This document shows positions 19,795 through 31,246 of a DNA stretch of 64,000 bases, one piece after another. The notes under the pieces are model-generated. The model searched no databases. It saw nothing but the letters and a program-made list of their open reading frames with translations, and was not told the DNA's origin. Numbering within the stretch: position 1 is the stretch's first letter; each line of letters begins with the position of its first letter. This DNA is from Thermodesulfobacteriota bacterium (GTDB lineage: Bacteria > Desulfobacterota_D > UBA1144 > Nemesobacterales > JAJCZQ01), in assembly GCA_965203965.1 (NCBI GenBank), contig CBDBDR010000017.1, positions 192,001 through 256,000 on the forward strand. Reading direction: 5' to 3'. Both the position numbers and the translations under genes were made by a program.

Positions 19795-20061
19795 TTAGGA
19801 TTTCAGTATTTTCATTCTCAGTTCATAAAGTACGTCATTAATGAGATTTTGTTCTTCTTCAGACAGGTTGCCTCTTGTTTTCTCCTCGAGCACTTCCAAG
19901 ATATTTATTGTGTGATTTGCCGCGGACATGTTAATTGTTCTTTGTCGTGATTCAGGGTCAGGAATTTCACCAAGGTGGATTAAAACAGATGTGTTAAGAG
20001 ATAAAATAAATCCTGAAAAGTCAAGTTTGAAACTTTCTTTGTTGTTTTTAGGATTGGTCAT
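19795..20061 (-). CDS. DUF1844 family protein
   Basis: FSGFILSL...HLGEIPDP...LEEKTRGNLSEEE...LYELRM. Confidence 0.85.
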   Translation of the reverse strand: MTNPKNNKESFKLDFSGFILSLNTSVLIHLGEIPDPESRQRTINMSAANHTINILEVLEEKTRGNLSEEEQNLINDVLYELRMKILKS

Positions 20062-20225
20062 TTAATATTTTCCATCATTGAATTTGAAATAATGTAAAAA
20101 ATTGAATAAGTATTGCAAGATTTCTAACATCGGAAGAAAATATATTCTAATATAGAAAAACATTAATTGTGAAAATAGCTGAACTTATGAAGAAAGGAAA
20201 AACCTACGGGTTTTATTGAGCAAAG

Positions 20226-23084
20226 TTAGTTTTGTTTGAAAAGCTCCTTGTGTACCTTTTGCACTTGTGATACATAGTTGGTCAGAAAATTATATGTTTT
20301 TTCTTGCTCCTTAAATATGCCCGCGGATTGAAAATCAGATATATCATTCAGAGCTTTCTTATAATATTTTTTAGAAAGAACTTGATCTATATAATTAGAC
20401 AACATGGGGACGTCTTGGATTTTATCTTTTATAAAGGCTTTTTTTGCTTTTTCCAAAAAAAGTCCATCGTAAGGAATAAATCCACGTTTTCTTAACTCGG
20501 AATAGCCCATGAATCTGGATTCCATGTCTAACCTCTGGTTACGGTATTGGCTATGCCACTGCAAATTCAACATTATATATTTACAGAAGAAATCGAAACC
20601 CCTTGAAGCTAGACAACGCTCTTGTATTTCATCTTTAGTGCTGCCTATATATTTTTGAAACTGGCGGGAACGAATATTCTCTGAAGCCAAAGGTTCAAAA
20701 AAATAGCTTTCTTGAACTTTAAAAATATCGGTATTGCTACCCATAAAGAATGCAAAATCTGATTCATAAGTGAGTTTAGGAAAAGTCAAGCTGTGTATTT
20801 CTGAACGGGTTAGACCCACTGCCGAGAAACGCTTTATGCCGAATATTTCCAGAAGATGAATGTCTTCCGGTTCATTCATACCAAGTGATTTATGCAAAGT
20901 ATGGAGTGCAGGATCATAAAAACGTTCCCTCCACAGATCATTTTTTTCAAAAGGAGATTTACCAGCCAGAATCAAGACGTCTGCTCCGTTTATAAAGTAT
21001 AGTTTTGAATGAGGAAACACCTGCCCGATGGTGTAAAAGATCATTTTCAAAATTTCCGGATCTATATCGTAAGTATGAAGCCACTGAACTAAAACCCCTT
21101 CTTTGGTTAGTTTTTGGTGTACCAATTCATAAAACTCAAGAGAGAATAAATTTTCAACTCCAACGACCCAAGGATTGCTCGGTTCTGAAACAATAATGTC
21201 AAATTTTTTATCTGTGCGGTTAAAATATCTAAAAGCATCGCTTTCAATAATATTGATCTTGGGATTGGTCGTCAAGTCCAGGTTATAAGTGTGAGAGGAA
21301 ACGTGTTTTAGTCCTTTAATAAGTTGAGAAGATATTTCCAGAACAACTACATCCTTAATATCATCCACTTTGCCCAAAATGGCAGCAGAGAGTCCTGTTC
21401 CCAGACCTATTAAAGCTGAAGAAAGAGAAGTTTTTTCTGGAGCAAATAAATATCCAAGAGAAGATAATAGGAACGTTGTTGAAAAATCTCCCCCAAGAAA
21501 ATTTCCATCTACTTTGCCGTTTAATGAGACTATATAGTTATTGTTTGCTGCGGGGATAGCTTGCTTTACGATAGAGACGGCTTTATTGTCTTTGTCTTCC
21601 AATATTGTCACAGTGGTGTTCGGTCCATCTTTGAAGAAAGCTGTTTTTCTTGATGTGAATCTTTCCGGGAGGTGAAATGGTTTTTTAAAATGATAAGATA
21701 GAGGAAATGTATTTCTGAAATATCCAATCTCGTGTCCGGTGCGGTTCCAATTCGGAGAAAAAGCAAGACCGCATAACAGTGCAACAATAATAACAAGAGC
21801 GGTTATTTGTTTTTCAAAAAATGTAATAATTCCCGTCAAAACGAGTAGAATGGCCAGATTGATCTGAAATAATCTGTCAAGATCAAGGAAATAAAAAGCC
21901 ACATAACCTATAAAGACAGCACCAAAAACAGTTCCCAGAGTATTAAAAAAATAAAGAAGCCCGCATATTCTCGCGTAATTTCCTTTTTTCTTCTTCAATG
22001 AAGCATAAGCTAAGGGAAGAAGTCGTCCCATAAAAAATGCTATTGGAAGAATAAACAGAGCTAAAAACAGATATATTTCCAGTTTAAAAAAATAGTAATT
22101 AAAAGGGATAGTTCTTAAAGTAACCCTTATATTGTTTAACCAAATAGACCAATATGGTGCAGTTAGAAATGAAGCGAACAAAAAGATAATGGATAAAAAA
22201 AGTTGCCTTGTAAAAAACGAGACCGATATGTTTTGAGGAAGGGAAAGACTGCCCAAACCCAAACCTCCAACAAAGAGTGAGAGAATGATGGGGAAATTGT
22301 AAACACCAGCTCCAATGCTCACGTTTAGCAGTCGGATAAATAATATCTCACAGGAGATAACAACGGCTCCGGTAAGAAAAACGAACACCATGTAAAATCT
22401 ATTTGAAAGAGAGGTTGGTATTGGGTGTATATCTTCTTTTTTTTTCACTTCACCTTTAAGAGAATTTGCTATGAAAACAAAAGAAGCAGCAAGATTGATC
22501 AATCCTGAAACAATGAGAGTGAACTTAAAGCCAAAATTAGGTAGGAGATAAAAACCTGAGATCAATGTACCAAAAAAAGCACCAATTATATTCCACCCAT
22601 AGACTCTGGTGTGAATATAATTGACTTCCCGAGACTGATTAGGGAGAGTGGCTGTCAGAATGGGAATAGAAGCACCCATTAGAAAAGTTGGGAAAAATAA
22701 AGCCAAAAGAGCAATAAAAATATCAACAATAAGATTGTTTGCAGAATTAAAGCTCAAGAGTTTTAATAGTTCAAAATACAGATAAAATGCTATGATGTAG
22801 AAAGCTGTTGCAAGTTCTACATATCCGTAAATTTTGAGTAGTAAAAAACGAGACCAATTTCTTTCCGTGAGTTTTCCGAAAACGAAATAACCAGTTGCAA
22901 GACCAAAAAGAAAAATGGCAACAACAAGACTCATAGAGCGAGCCTCACTTCCTACGAGAATAGCCAAATATTTCTGCCAGACCACTTGGCTACATAAAGA
23001 AGCAAAACCTGTTAGAAGAGTTGCTCCATACGCGAGTCTCCTGTATAAGAGCGGGGGAGGTGGTGATAATTGAGGTAGCTTCAT
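20226..23084 (-). CDS. Fused membrane (MFS-like) / spermidine-synthase-like protein
   Basis: Multi-TM N-terminal half (PTFLMGAS), then [29 protein letters not shown]. Confidence 0.85.
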   Translation of the reverse strand: MKLPQLSPPPPLLYRRLAYGATLLTGFASLCSQVVWQKYLAILVGSEARSMSLVVAIFLFGLATGYFVFGKLTERNWSRFLLLKIYGYVELATAFYIIAFYLYFELLKLLSFNSANNLIVDIFIALLALFFPTFLMGASIPILTATLPNQSREVNYIHTRVYGWNIIGAFFGTLISGFYLLPNFGFKFTLIVSGLINLAASFVFIANSLKGEVKKKEDIHPIPTSLSNRFYMVFVFLTGAVVISCEILFIRLLNVSIGAGVYNFPIILSLFVGGLGLGSLSLPQNISVSFFTRQLFLSIIFLFASFLTAPYWSIWLNNIRVTLRTIPFNYYFFKLEIYLFLALFILPIAFFMGRLLPLAYASLKKKKGNYARICGLLYFFNTLGTVFGAVFIGYVAFYFLDLDRLFQINLAILLVLTGIITFFEKQITALVIIVALLCGLAFSPNWNRTGHEIGYFRNTFPLSYHFKKPFHLPERFTSRKTAFFKDGPNTTVTILEDKDNKAVSIVKQAIPAANNNYIVSLNGKVDGNFLGGDFSTTFLLSSLGYLFAPEKTSLSSALIGLGTGLSAAILGKVDDIKDVVVLEISSQLIKGLKHVSSHTYNLDLTTNPKINIIESDAFRYFNRTDKKFDIIVSEPSNPWVVGVENLFSLEFYELVHQKLTKEGVLVQWLHTYDIDPEILKMIFYTIGQVFPHSKLYFINGADVLILAGKSPFEKNDLWRERFYDPALHTLHKSLGMNEPEDIHLLEIFGIKRFSAVGLTRSEIHSLTFPKLTYESDFAFFMGSNTDIFKVQESYFFEPLASENIRSRQFQKYIGSTKDEIQERCLASRGFDFFCKYIMLNLQWHSQYRNQRLDMESRFMGYSELRKRGFIPYDGLFLEKAKKAFIKDKIQDVPMLSNYIDQVLSKKYYKKALNDISDFQSAGIFKEQEKTYNFLTNYVSQVQKVHKELFKQN

Positions 23085-24043
23085 CTCAGGTATTTATCTA
23101 AATATTCCCTGGGATTGTATGGCTCGGATTTAGAAATATCTTTCAATTTTTCCACTGTTATATCGCTGATCTTATTCGGCATTACGATTTCTATAATAAC
23201 GTATTGGTCACCCGCTTTACTTGTTTTCAGATTTTTAATGCCTTTGTTCCTAAGCCTGAGCCTGGCACCATTCTGTATTCCACTTGGAATTACCACTTTT
23301 GCTTTGCCGTCCAAGGTCGGAACTTCGGCAGTTGTTCCAATAGCGGCTTCATAAAATGTCACTGGCAGCTTTATTGAAATATCGTCTTCCCGTCTTGTAA
23401 ACAAATCATGGGGGTTCACCTTGACCTTCAGTATAAGGTCGCCTCTTATATTTCCCGACTGTTCTCCTTTGCCCTTGATCCTTATTTTTGCTCCGTCATT
23501 AACTCCGGGCGGTATCTTAACGGAAATTTTTTCACTTTTTGTAACTCCACGGTTGTCATGGGATTTGATAGTAAGGGATTTGACTCCCCCCTTTATAGCG
23601 GTATGAAAGTCTATTGTGATATTATGCTCTGTGTTTTTAGGTTGCCGTTGTGAGTATCTGCCGGTTGAAAACCCGCTGAACATACTTGAAAAAGGGTCTG
23701 ATGACCTGCCTTCTTGTCCTGAAAACCTGAACACGTCCTTAAAAATTTCTTCAAAACTGGGTATGTCACCGGAAAAATTGTAGGCACCAGAGAATCCCTG
23801 CCCACCAGATCGATTGTTAAAATTCACGTTGCCAAACGTATTATATTGCTGTCGTTTCTGATCATCGTAAAGCACTTCATAGGCTTCCTGTATGGATTTA
23901 AATTTATCTTCAGCTTTCTTATCGTCCGGGTTGAGGTCAGGATGATATTTTCTTGCCAAATCCCTATATGCCTTCTTTATTTCCTCTTTGGATGCGGATT
24001 TGGAAACACCTAATGTTTTGTAATAGTCTTTCACTTTGTTCAT
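23081..24043 (-). CDS. DnaJ-class (CbpA-like) co-chaperone without zinc finger
   Basis: J-domain with HPD, G/F region, C-terminal domain; no CxxCxGxG repeats. Confidence 0.9.
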   Translation of the reverse strand: MNKVKDYYKTLGVSKSASKEEIKKAYRDLARKYHPDLNPDDKKAEDKFKSIQEAYEVLYDDQKRQQYNTFGNVNFNNRSGGQGFSGAYNFSGDIPSFEEIFKDVFRFSGQEGRSSDPFSSMFSGFSTGRYSQRQPKNTEHNITIDFHTAIKGGVKSLTIKSHDNRGVTKSEKISVKIPPGVNDGAKIRIKGKGEQSGNIRGDLILKVKVNPHDLFTRREDDISIKLPVTFYEAAIGTTAEVPTLDGKAKVVIPSGIQNGARLRLRNKGIKNLKTSKAGDQYVIIEIVMPNKISDITVEKLKDISKSEPYNPREYLDKYLR

Positions 24044-24110
24044 TTATGTTAATGCACAGTTCACAGCCACGAGTGGTGCACGGTAACCGATAGCTAATAA
24101 TTAAGATTTA

Positions 24111-25157
24111 TCACTTTTCAATGTATTTCAAGACTTGGTCGGCAATATTGAAAAATGCTTTTGATGCCATGGAGTCGGGTTTGGTTTCCAGAATAGGCTT
24201 TCCCGTGTCTCCACCAATTCTGATATCAGGATCAATAGGTATTTCTCCAAGGAATGGAACTTTGAATTTTTCTGCTATTCTTTTACCTCCTCCCCTGCCA
24301 AAGATATTAATTTTTTCTTTACTTCCAGGTATATCAAGGTAACTCATGTTCTCAATGATTCCGATCAATGGTATGTTGAGTTTTTGAAACATTAAAATGC
24401 CCCTTCTCACGTCAATAAGTGCCACGTCCTGGGGGGTTGTGACTATCACGCCACCGCTGAGAGGGACAGTTTGTGCCAGTGATAGTTGAGCATCGCCTGT
24501 TCCCGGAGGCAGATCAATAACGAGGTATTGGGTATCTTTCCAATTAACGTCCTCAACAAACTGTTTGACCGCACTGTGAACCATTGGTCCTCTCCAAATA
24601 ACGGCTTCTTCTTCGTTTACAAGAAAGCCTATGGACATCATTTTTAATCCGTATTTTTCAACGGGGAATATTTTCTGGTTATCGGATGCAACAGGCCTTT
24701 CATTTGTTCCCATCATTATTGGTGCGCTTGGTCCCCATATATCAGCATCCATCAATCCTGTTTTCGGTCTTTTTTTTGATATTGCCAGTGCAAGATTGAC
24801 TGCAACGGTTGATTTACCAACGCCACCTTTGCCGCTTGCAACCGCTATGTAATGTTTGATGCTGGGTAGTTTGGATCCATCGGTTCCAGTTGTATTTACA
24901 GATTTTTGAGGCTGTCTTGAGTTTATATCCAGACGCAGGCTTGAAACACCCGGAATTTCAAGAACAGATTTTCTGACTGCGCTTTCCAATTGGGCTTTAA
25001 GTGAGTCATCAGGCTTTGGCAATAGTAGGGAAACGTGAACAAAAGACCCATCAAGTTTTATTTCTTTTACAAGACCGAAAGAGACAATATTTCTTGTAAA
25101 CCCGGGGTAGTTAATACCCGTTAGAACTTGTAGAATAACTTCCTTGCTAAGGGGCAT
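24111..25157 (-). CDS. mrp: Mrp/ApbC/NBP35 Fe-S carrier ATPase
   Basis: N-terminal DUF59-like domain; SGKGGVGKST, WRGPM, DLPPGTGD, VTTPQ, ENMS. Confidence 0.92.
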   Translation of the reverse strand: MPLSKEVILQVLTGINYPGFTRNIVSFGLVKEIKLDGSFVHVSLLLPKPDDSLKAQLESAVRKSVLEIPGVSSLRLDINSRQPQKSVNTTGTDGSKLPSIKHYIAVASGKGGVGKSTVAVNLALAISKKRPKTGLMDADIWGPSAPIMMGTNERPVASDNQKIFPVEKYGLKMMSIGFLVNEEEAVIWRGPMVHSAVKQFVEDVNWKDTQYLVIDLPPGTGDAQLSLAQTVPLSGGVIVTTPQDVALIDVRRGILMFQKLNIPLIGIIENMSYLDIPGSKEKINIFGRGGGKRIAEKFKVPFLGEIPIDPDIRIGGDTGKPILETKPDSMASKAFFNIADQVLKYIEK

Positions 25158-25162
25158 AAGAG

Positions 25163-25564
25163 CTAACCAATACCGAGTTTTTCTTTAGCTTTATCGCTCA
25201 TCATGTCGGGATTCCAAGGAGGATCCCAGATAATTTCTATCAGGACATTTTCAGCCCCTATTTCCTTTATAGCCATTTCAGCCTGAGTTGCTATCATTGA
25301 ACCCATACCGCATCCGGGAGTAGTGAGAGTCATTTTTATATTGACATTATTACCTGAAATTTTAGTATCGTATATCAATCCCAGATCAACGATACTTACG
25401 GGAAGTTCAGGATCATGGACTGTTTCCAGTGCGGCTTTTATCATCTCTTCGGTGAGTTCAACTGGGTTGGATTTTTCTTTTTTCTCAAATTTTTTAAACG
25501 TGACACTTTGATCTTGCTCGTGCTTAGTTTGATTTGGATTGTTGATCTTTATTATCTTTTTCAT
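25163..25564 (-). CDS. SufT/DUF59 Fe-S assembly protein
   Basis: DPELPVSIVDLGLIY, MTLTTPGC, WDPPWNPDMMS. Confidence 0.9.
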   Translation of the reverse strand: MKKIIKINNPNQTKHEQDQSVTFKKFEKKEKSNPVELTEEMIKAALETVHDPELPVSIVDLGLIYDTKISGNNVNIKMTLTTPGCGMGSMIATQAEMAIKEIGAENVLIEIIWDPPWNPDMMSDKAKEKLGIG

Positions 25565-25694
25565 AATTGACTGCTCTCCACACAGAAATTTCTGTTAATT
25601 AAGATATATGATTAGTTATTTATTTCAAAGTATATGCTACGTCTCATATGTATTATTGTATTTATAAAAAATAGCTATAATTATACTACTGCCG

Positions 25695-26504
25695 ATGTTA
25701 GAACTAGATGTGTTTAAAGTGTTTAAACTCTTTTTTCTCAACCAAGGTATGATAATTCTTTGGTCTTTTCTTCTTATAAGTTTGAGTTTTCACTTAATCC
25801 TCAGGATCTTCAGGACGGCTTGGTTCAAAGGATTAATGGGTGAGTTATTAGTCAGATGCTTGGTTTTCATTGGACTCAATAAAAATATTTACCGTTCTTT
25901 TAACAATGTTTTTCTTCCCACACCCGATGGCACAACCCAGACTGATCATATTGTCGTGTCAAAATACGGTGTTTTTGTAATTGAAACGAAAAATATGAAG
26001 GGTTGGATTTTTGGCGACGAATCACAATCCACGTGGACACAGTTGATTTACAAGAAAAAATACACGTTTCAGAACCCAGTTCATCAGAATTACAAGCATA
26101 TAAAGGCATTAGAATCATTGCTTGATATAGACTCCAAAGCTATTCACTCTGTTGTTGTTTTTTGTGGTGGAGCTACTTTCAAGTCTGACATGCCTGAAAA
26201 TGTAATCTATGCAGGCAAACTCATTTCCCACATCAAATCAAAAGCACAACAAGTTTTATCTGATTCACAGGTTGAAGACGTTATATCGGCTATTGAATCG
26301 GGTAAACTGAAAGATACATCTCAAACGAATAGTGATCACGTTGACAGCTTAAAATCCAGAAGGGACCCAAACTCTAAACAGCTTTGTTACAAGTGTGGTA
26401 GTCCGATGGTTTTGCGAACTCAAAAGAGAGGGGACAAAAAAGGAAGGCGGTTTTGGGGTTGCTCACGGTATCCAAAGTGTCGTGTTATAAGGAATGTTAT
26501 TTAG
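25695..26504 (+). CDS. NERD nuclease-domain protein with C-terminal topoisomerase-type C4 zinc ribbon
   Basis: GLMGE, TQTDHIVVS, VIETKN, QNPVHQN; CYKCGSPMVLR...FWGCSRYPKC. Confidence 0.9.
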   Translation: MLELDVFKVFKLFFLNQGMIILWSFLLISLSFHLILRIFRTAWFKGLMGELLVRCLVFIGLNKNIYRSFNNVFLPTPDGTTQTDHIVVSKYGVFVIETKNMKGWIFGDESQSTWTQLIYKKKYTFQNPVHQNYKHIKALESLLDIDSKAIHSVVVFCGGATFKSDMPENVIYAGKLISHIKSKAQQVLSDSQVEDVISAIESGKLKDTSQTNSDHVDSLKSRRDPNSKQLCYKCGSPMVLRTQKRGDKKGRRFWGCSRYPKCRVIRNVI

Positions 26505-26566
26505 CCAAGGGTTAATTTTTCAATCCCGAAAATCTTGGTCTTTATTATGTATAATTCTTTTCACCT

Positions 26567-27850
26567 ATGAAAATAATAAAGGTTACAAAAGACAACCTGC
26601 GTAAAACCATCAAAAGTATTGAAGAAGATTACATACAGTTTGACTCCAGACAGGTTCAGACAACTGAAAAGATTGTAAAGGACGTGCTGAAAAACGGTGA
26701 TGAAGCAGTGTTCAGATATACCAAAAAGTTTGATAAATTTGAGGTAAACCAAAGGAATTTAGTTGTTACGGATAAGGAAATAAAAGATGCTCTGAATTGT
26801 GTTCCAAGAGAAATCATGAGAGATTTGGAAATTGCAGCGCAAAGGATAGAGAACTACCAGAAAAAGAAACTGCCACAACCTTGCTTGTTTAAGGACGAGT
26901 TTGGGAATGAGCTTGGATGGGAGATTAGGGCAGTTGAGAAGGTGGGGATATACGTTCCCGGTGGAAAAGCCTCTTATCCTTCTACCGTTCTTATGACTGC
27001 GATCCCTGCAAAAGTTGCAGGTGTAGATGAAATATTTATTGCCACCCCATGCCCAGATGGAATAATAAACCCGTCAGTTTTGGCAGCTGCTTCAATTTGT
27101 GGTGTGGATAGGATATACAAAGTGGGAGGAGCGCAGGCAGTTGCGGCTTTTGCCTATGGAACTGAGCTTGTTGACAGGGTTAATAAAATAGTCGGACCGG
27201 GAAATATATTCGTAACGATTGCCAAAAAACTCGTTTACGGTGCCGTGGATATTGATACATTGGCAGGACCGAGTGAGATATTGATAATTGCCGACGGTTC
27301 ATGTCCAGCACTTTGGGTGGCATCTGATCTTCTTGCACAGGCTGAACATGATGAAATGGCAGTTCCCACTTTGATAACAACCTCGTCGGAATATGCAGGT
27401 GAAGTTAAAAAAGTGCTGTTTGAGAAGTTGGATAAGATCCAAAGAGTAAGAATCGCGAAACAATCAATTATGAACAATGGCAAGATTTATATTGTAGAAG
27501 ATCTTAACCATGCTGTTGAGATCTCAAATAGGATTGCGCCTGAGCATTTGGAGTTGTGCGTTAAGTCACCTGACAATATCCTTAAAAAGATAGTTCACGC
27601 TGGAGCTATATTTGTAGGGGCAATGTCAACCGAGTCATTTGGTGATTACATATCGGGGCCGAGCCACGTGCTTCCCACGGGCGGTGCTGCTAGGTTTTCC
27701 TCACCACTTAGCGTTTATGATTTTATAAAAATGCCCAGTGTAATCCGCACGTCTGAAAAAGGTTTTAAGAAACTCTCCAATTCCGTTATCAATTTAGCTT
27801 ATTCAGAAGGACTTGAGGCTCATGCACTATCCGTGAAGGTAAGACTTTGA
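26567..27850 (+). CDS. hisD: Histidinol dehydrogenase
   Basis: GIYVPGG, GGAQA, AGPSE, QAEHD, APEHLE, GPSHVLPT. Confidence 0.98.
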   Translation: MKIIKVTKDNLRKTIKSIEEDYIQFDSRQVQTTEKIVKDVLKNGDEAVFRYTKKFDKFEVNQRNLVVTDKEIKDALNCVPREIMRDLEIAAQRIENYQKKKLPQPCLFKDEFGNELGWEIRAVEKVGIYVPGGKASYPSTVLMTAIPAKVAGVDEIFIATPCPDGIINPSVLAAASICGVDRIYKVGGAQAVAAFAYGTELVDRVNKIVGPGNIFVTIAKKLVYGAVDIDTLAGPSEILIIADGSCPALWVASDLLAQAEHDEMAVPTLITTSSEYAGEVKKVLFEKLDKIQRVRIAKQSIMNNGKIYIVEDLNHAVEISNRIAPEHLELCVKSPDNILKKIVHAGAIFVGAMSTESFGDYISGPSHVLPTGGAARFSSPLSVYDFIKMPSVIRTSEKGFKKLSNSVINLAYSEGLEAHALSVKVRL

Positions 27851-27868
27851 CCGGAATAGTTAGGAAAA

Positions 27869-28945
27869 ATGTCAAGCGGCAAAGACAATTACAGAGAAAG
27901 GCTATGCAACAACTTCAAACAGCTCGGATCATACTCGATCCCAGGTGTTGAGTGTGAGGTTAAGTTAGACGGGAACGAAAGTCCTTTTGACTTGAATCCA
28001 GAAATTAGAAATGAGATTATGGACAGAGTATCGTCCATGAAATTAAATCGTTATCCGGATCCCAACGCACGAGATCTCAAAAAATCCGTGAGCAGATGTT
28101 ACAGTATTTCTCAAGATTGTATATTATTCGGCAACGGTTCTGACGAATTAATACAGATGCTGATAGAAACCTTCACGGGGAAAAGTGCCACCGTGCTGGT
28201 TCCCAAACCCACATTTTCAATGTATAGGTTCACAAGCCTTGTTCTTGGCAAAGAGGTTATTGAGGTCGGACTGGATAAGGGTTTTGATATAAATCTTGAT
28301 CTCACACTGAAACATATTAAGCAGAGTGATCCAGACCTCTTTTTCTTTTCCACTCCAAACAATCCCACTGGCAATTCATTGTCAAAAGAGAAGATAGTCA
28401 AGATCTTAAGCTCTACAAGTGGGTTAGTTGTTATAGATGAGGCTTATTTTGATTATAACGATACAACCTTTTTACCGTTACTGGAGAATTTTGACAACTT
28501 GATTGTCCTTAGAACAATGTCAAAAATAGGTTTTGCATCAATAAGGCTCGGGATTTTATTTGCCAATCCCAGTTTGGTTGTTGAATTGAACAAAGCAAGA
28601 CTTCCTTATAACATAAATTCAATGACGCAGGTGATCTCTGAAGTTGCAATTAACAACTACTCATTGCTTGAGGCTAATTTTTCCATGATAAAACTGCAGA
28701 GAAAACTCATGTATGAAAAACTTGCAGAACTTCCCAATATTAGTGTTTTTCCAAGTTGTGCTAACTTTTTCCTTATCAAAGTCCCTAACGCTGATTTCTA
28801 CTTCAACAAGTTAGTGGATAAGGGGATTTTGGTAAGAAATCTTAACGGTTTTTCTGGGCTTGAGAACTGTCTCAGGGTAACGATCGGCACGTCCTCGGAA
28901 AATTCAAGATTTCTGGATGCTTTCTCAACTATATCTTTTTCTTAA
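27869..28945 (+). CDS. hisC: Histidinol-phosphate aminotransferase
   Basis: LDGNESP, NRYPD, GNGSDE, PNNPTG, DEAY, RTMSK. Confidence 0.96.
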   Translation: MSSGKDNYRERLCNNFKQLGSYSIPGVECEVKLDGNESPFDLNPEIRNEIMDRVSSMKLNRYPDPNARDLKKSVSRCYSISQDCILFGNGSDELIQMLIETFTGKSATVLVPKPTFSMYRFTSLVLGKEVIEVGLDKGFDINLDLTLKHIKQSDPDLFFFSTPNNPTGNSLSKEKIVKILSSTSGLVVIDEAYFDYNDTTFLPLLENFDNLIVLRTMSKIGFASIRLGILFANPSLVVELNKARLPYNINSMTQVISEVAINNYSLLEANFSMIKLQRKLMYEKLAELPNISVFPSCANFFLIKVPNADFYFNKLVDKGILVRNLNGFSGLENCLRVTIGTSSENSRFLDAFSTISFS

Positions 28946-30469
28946 ATGTTTATTAAATACAAACAAAACAACTGAGATCAGGCATATCCATGGAAATATA
29001 TCTCCTGTTTTCATGTAAAGAGTGTTGCTATAAAGCAGTGCAACTTGATCTGTAAAAACTTCTTTTTTGAATATTTCTGTTCTGTTTCGTACCTCCCCGA
29101 GTGGTGTTATGATAGCACTGACACCGGTATTTGTTGACCTTATGAGATAACGGCGAGTTTCCACTGCTCTTGGTATGGAAACAAGAAGGTGTTCATGTGG
29201 AGCCGCTGATCTTCCAAACCACACGTCATCTGTCAAGTTGACAAGGATGTTTGCTCCTTTTAATGCAAATCTCCTGCTAAAGCCCGGCATCAGATCTTCA
29301 TAGCATATAAGCGTCCCAATCTTGATACCTTTGTCCTTTATGTTCAGAATGTTCAACTCGGTGCCGGGGGTTATTAAACCTTCCGATAGTCCATCTATAT
29401 ATTTGCTCCATGGAATAATGTTCCCTAGTGGTAGATATTCGCCGAAAAGAAGCAGCTTGTTCTTGCTGTATTTGCCGAGAATATTACCATTCCAGTCGGT
29501 AAGAATAGCACTGTTATAATGTGCTGATGCAGGGTCGTAGATATCGTTCCCTTTATACAAAATAGCTCCAGCCAGAAAATACGTGTCTTCCATTTTTGGA
29601 ATGATATTTTCTAACTTGGTATAATTCAGACTTTTGGCTTGAGATGAAATTGGCTTTTGTACTGACGCTTCGGGCCATATTATCAGGTCGGCATTTTTGA
29701 TTGTTGCTGACATTTTTTTGTAGTCTTCAATTATCAATCCCGAATTTTCTTCTGTCTTTTCAAAAAAATCAAAGTTGCCCTGTACCACGCCAACGTTAAT
29801 TTTTTCTGCCTTGGCTATGTTCGTAGTTTGCTGCTCTACTCTTACCGAACCGTATATTAGCAACAGGGCTACGAACATTATTGATAAACTGGCCGCCAAT
29901 ACCGGTTTCCTTCCCTGCTGGCGGGTGGATATTATTATGAAATAAATCGTGAGGTTAAAAAACACTATTATAAAACTCAGTAGAGAAACTCCAAGCAGGT
30001 CGGATACCTGTATGATTTTCAAGTTATAGGCTTGTGTATTACCAATTCCATACGGAAAAATAGCTGGATAGAACTGTTCAAAGGCGACCCATAGAGAACA
30101 TGCAATAAATAAATTAATAATTTGGCTGCTTTGAATTAATTTGAACTTGTTAATAAAGTAACTGAACAGTGCATATTGAACCCCCAGATACAGACAATAA
30201 ATAATAATAAAAATAAAGCTGACGTGTATTGGAAATCCACCGAACCTTGTCAGCGTTCCAACTAACCAGTAATGTCCTGCATAAGAAGCAATAAATCCAA
30301 AAACAAGACCTGTCTTGAAAGCCTTGCCGGGTGATAATCTCAATGCTTGAAATAAGGGGACAAGTGATGCCCAGGCTAATAATGAAAGATGTTCTGAAAG
30401 AAAAGGAAGAGTGAATAAGATTCCCGAAAGAGCCGATAGTCCATATTCAAGTCTTAATAATTTTTTCAT
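28925..30469 (-). CDS. lnt: Apolipoprotein N-acyltransferase
   Basis: TM N-terminus; VQGN, WPE, YSKNKLLLFGE, LICYE, RAVE, RSTNTG. Confidence 0.95.
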   Translation of the reverse strand: MKKLLRLEYGLSALSGILFTLPFLSEHLSLLAWASLVPLFQALRLSPGKAFKTGLVFGFIASYAGHYWLVGTLTRFGGFPIHVSFIFIIIYCLYLGVQYALFSYFINKFKLIQSSQIINLFIACSLWVAFEQFYPAIFPYGIGNTQAYNLKIIQVSDLLGVSLLSFIIVFFNLTIYFIIISTRQQGRKPVLAASLSIMFVALLLIYGSVRVEQQTTNIAKAEKINVGVVQGNFDFFEKTEENSGLIIEDYKKMSATIKNADLIIWPEASVQKPISSQAKSLNYTKLENIIPKMEDTYFLAGAILYKGNDIYDPASAHYNSAILTDWNGNILGKYSKNKLLLFGEYLPLGNIIPWSKYIDGLSEGLITPGTELNILNIKDKGIKIGTLICYEDLMPGFSRRFALKGANILVNLTDDVWFGRSAAPHEHLLVSIPRAVETRRYLIRSTNTGVSAIITPLGEVRNRTEIFKKEVFTDQVALLYSNTLYMKTGDIFPWICLISVVLFVFNKHLRKRYS

Positions 30470-30493
30470 TAAGAGAAAACAACTGTCCGCACA

Positions 30494-31240
30494 TTAACGA
30501 CACCTGAGTTGATAAATCTTCAACGTTCCTACCAACACTATAAAAACAGCCATAAGCTGTGCGATGGATAAACCGGGTATAGAGCTTGGGGTAGTGTTTC
30601 TAATGAACTCCATTAAAAATCTTTCACTACCAGCAAGTATTAAATATATTGAAAAGAGATATCCGGTTTTGAAATTCCGTTTTCTTATTTTCCAGAGATA
30701 AACAAATACAAGTCCCATTATTATGATTTCATAAAGCTGGGTTGGATGAACTTTCTCCACTGTTGGAGGAAGTCCATTTGGGAATGCCATAGACCATGGA
30801 AGGTCCGAGGGCACTCCATAGTCATCACCGACTAAAAAACAACCTATCCTACCTATTGAATATCCTATTGCCATAGAGGGGGCAGTTGCATCACCTATCA
30901 ACCAGAAATTAACTCTGTTTTTTCTACAAACAATCCACGCAAGAAAAACAGCAGCAAACAGTCCTCCATAAAATGTCAGACCACCCCTTGAGAAGATGTG
31001 ATAAATGGGGTTTTCTAATATCTCATTTATTGGAACGTTTTCAAGAAGATATAACAACTTAGCCCCTATGATACCACCTGCTATTGACGTCAGTAGAAGG
31101 TCAGATAGAAGCTTCTCCTGCAGGTTTTTTCTTTCAAACTCTTTCACTCCCAGCCAGTATGCCACAAGAAAAGCTGCGGCAACCATCACGCCGAAGGATG
31201 AAATTACAAAATCACCTATCTCTAAAAGTTCGGGATACAT
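30494..31240 (-). CDS. lgt: Prolipoprotein diacylglyceryl transferase
   Basis: GLTFYGG, GRIGCFLVGDDYG, HPTQLYE, RFLMEFIR. Confidence 0.96.
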   Translation of the reverse strand: MYPELLEIGDFVISSFGVMVAAAFLVAYWLGVKEFERKNLQEKLLSDLLLTSIAGGIIGAKLLYLLENVPINEILENPIYHIFSRGGLTFYGGLFAAVFLAWIVCRKNRVNFWLIGDATAPSMAIGYSIGRIGCFLVGDDYGVPSDLPWSMAFPNGLPPTVEKVHPTQLYEIIIMGLVFVYLWKIRKRNFKTGYLFSIYLILAGSERFLMEFIRNTTPSSIPGLSIAQLMAVFIVLVGTLKIYQLRCR

Positions 31241-31246
31241 TTTTGG

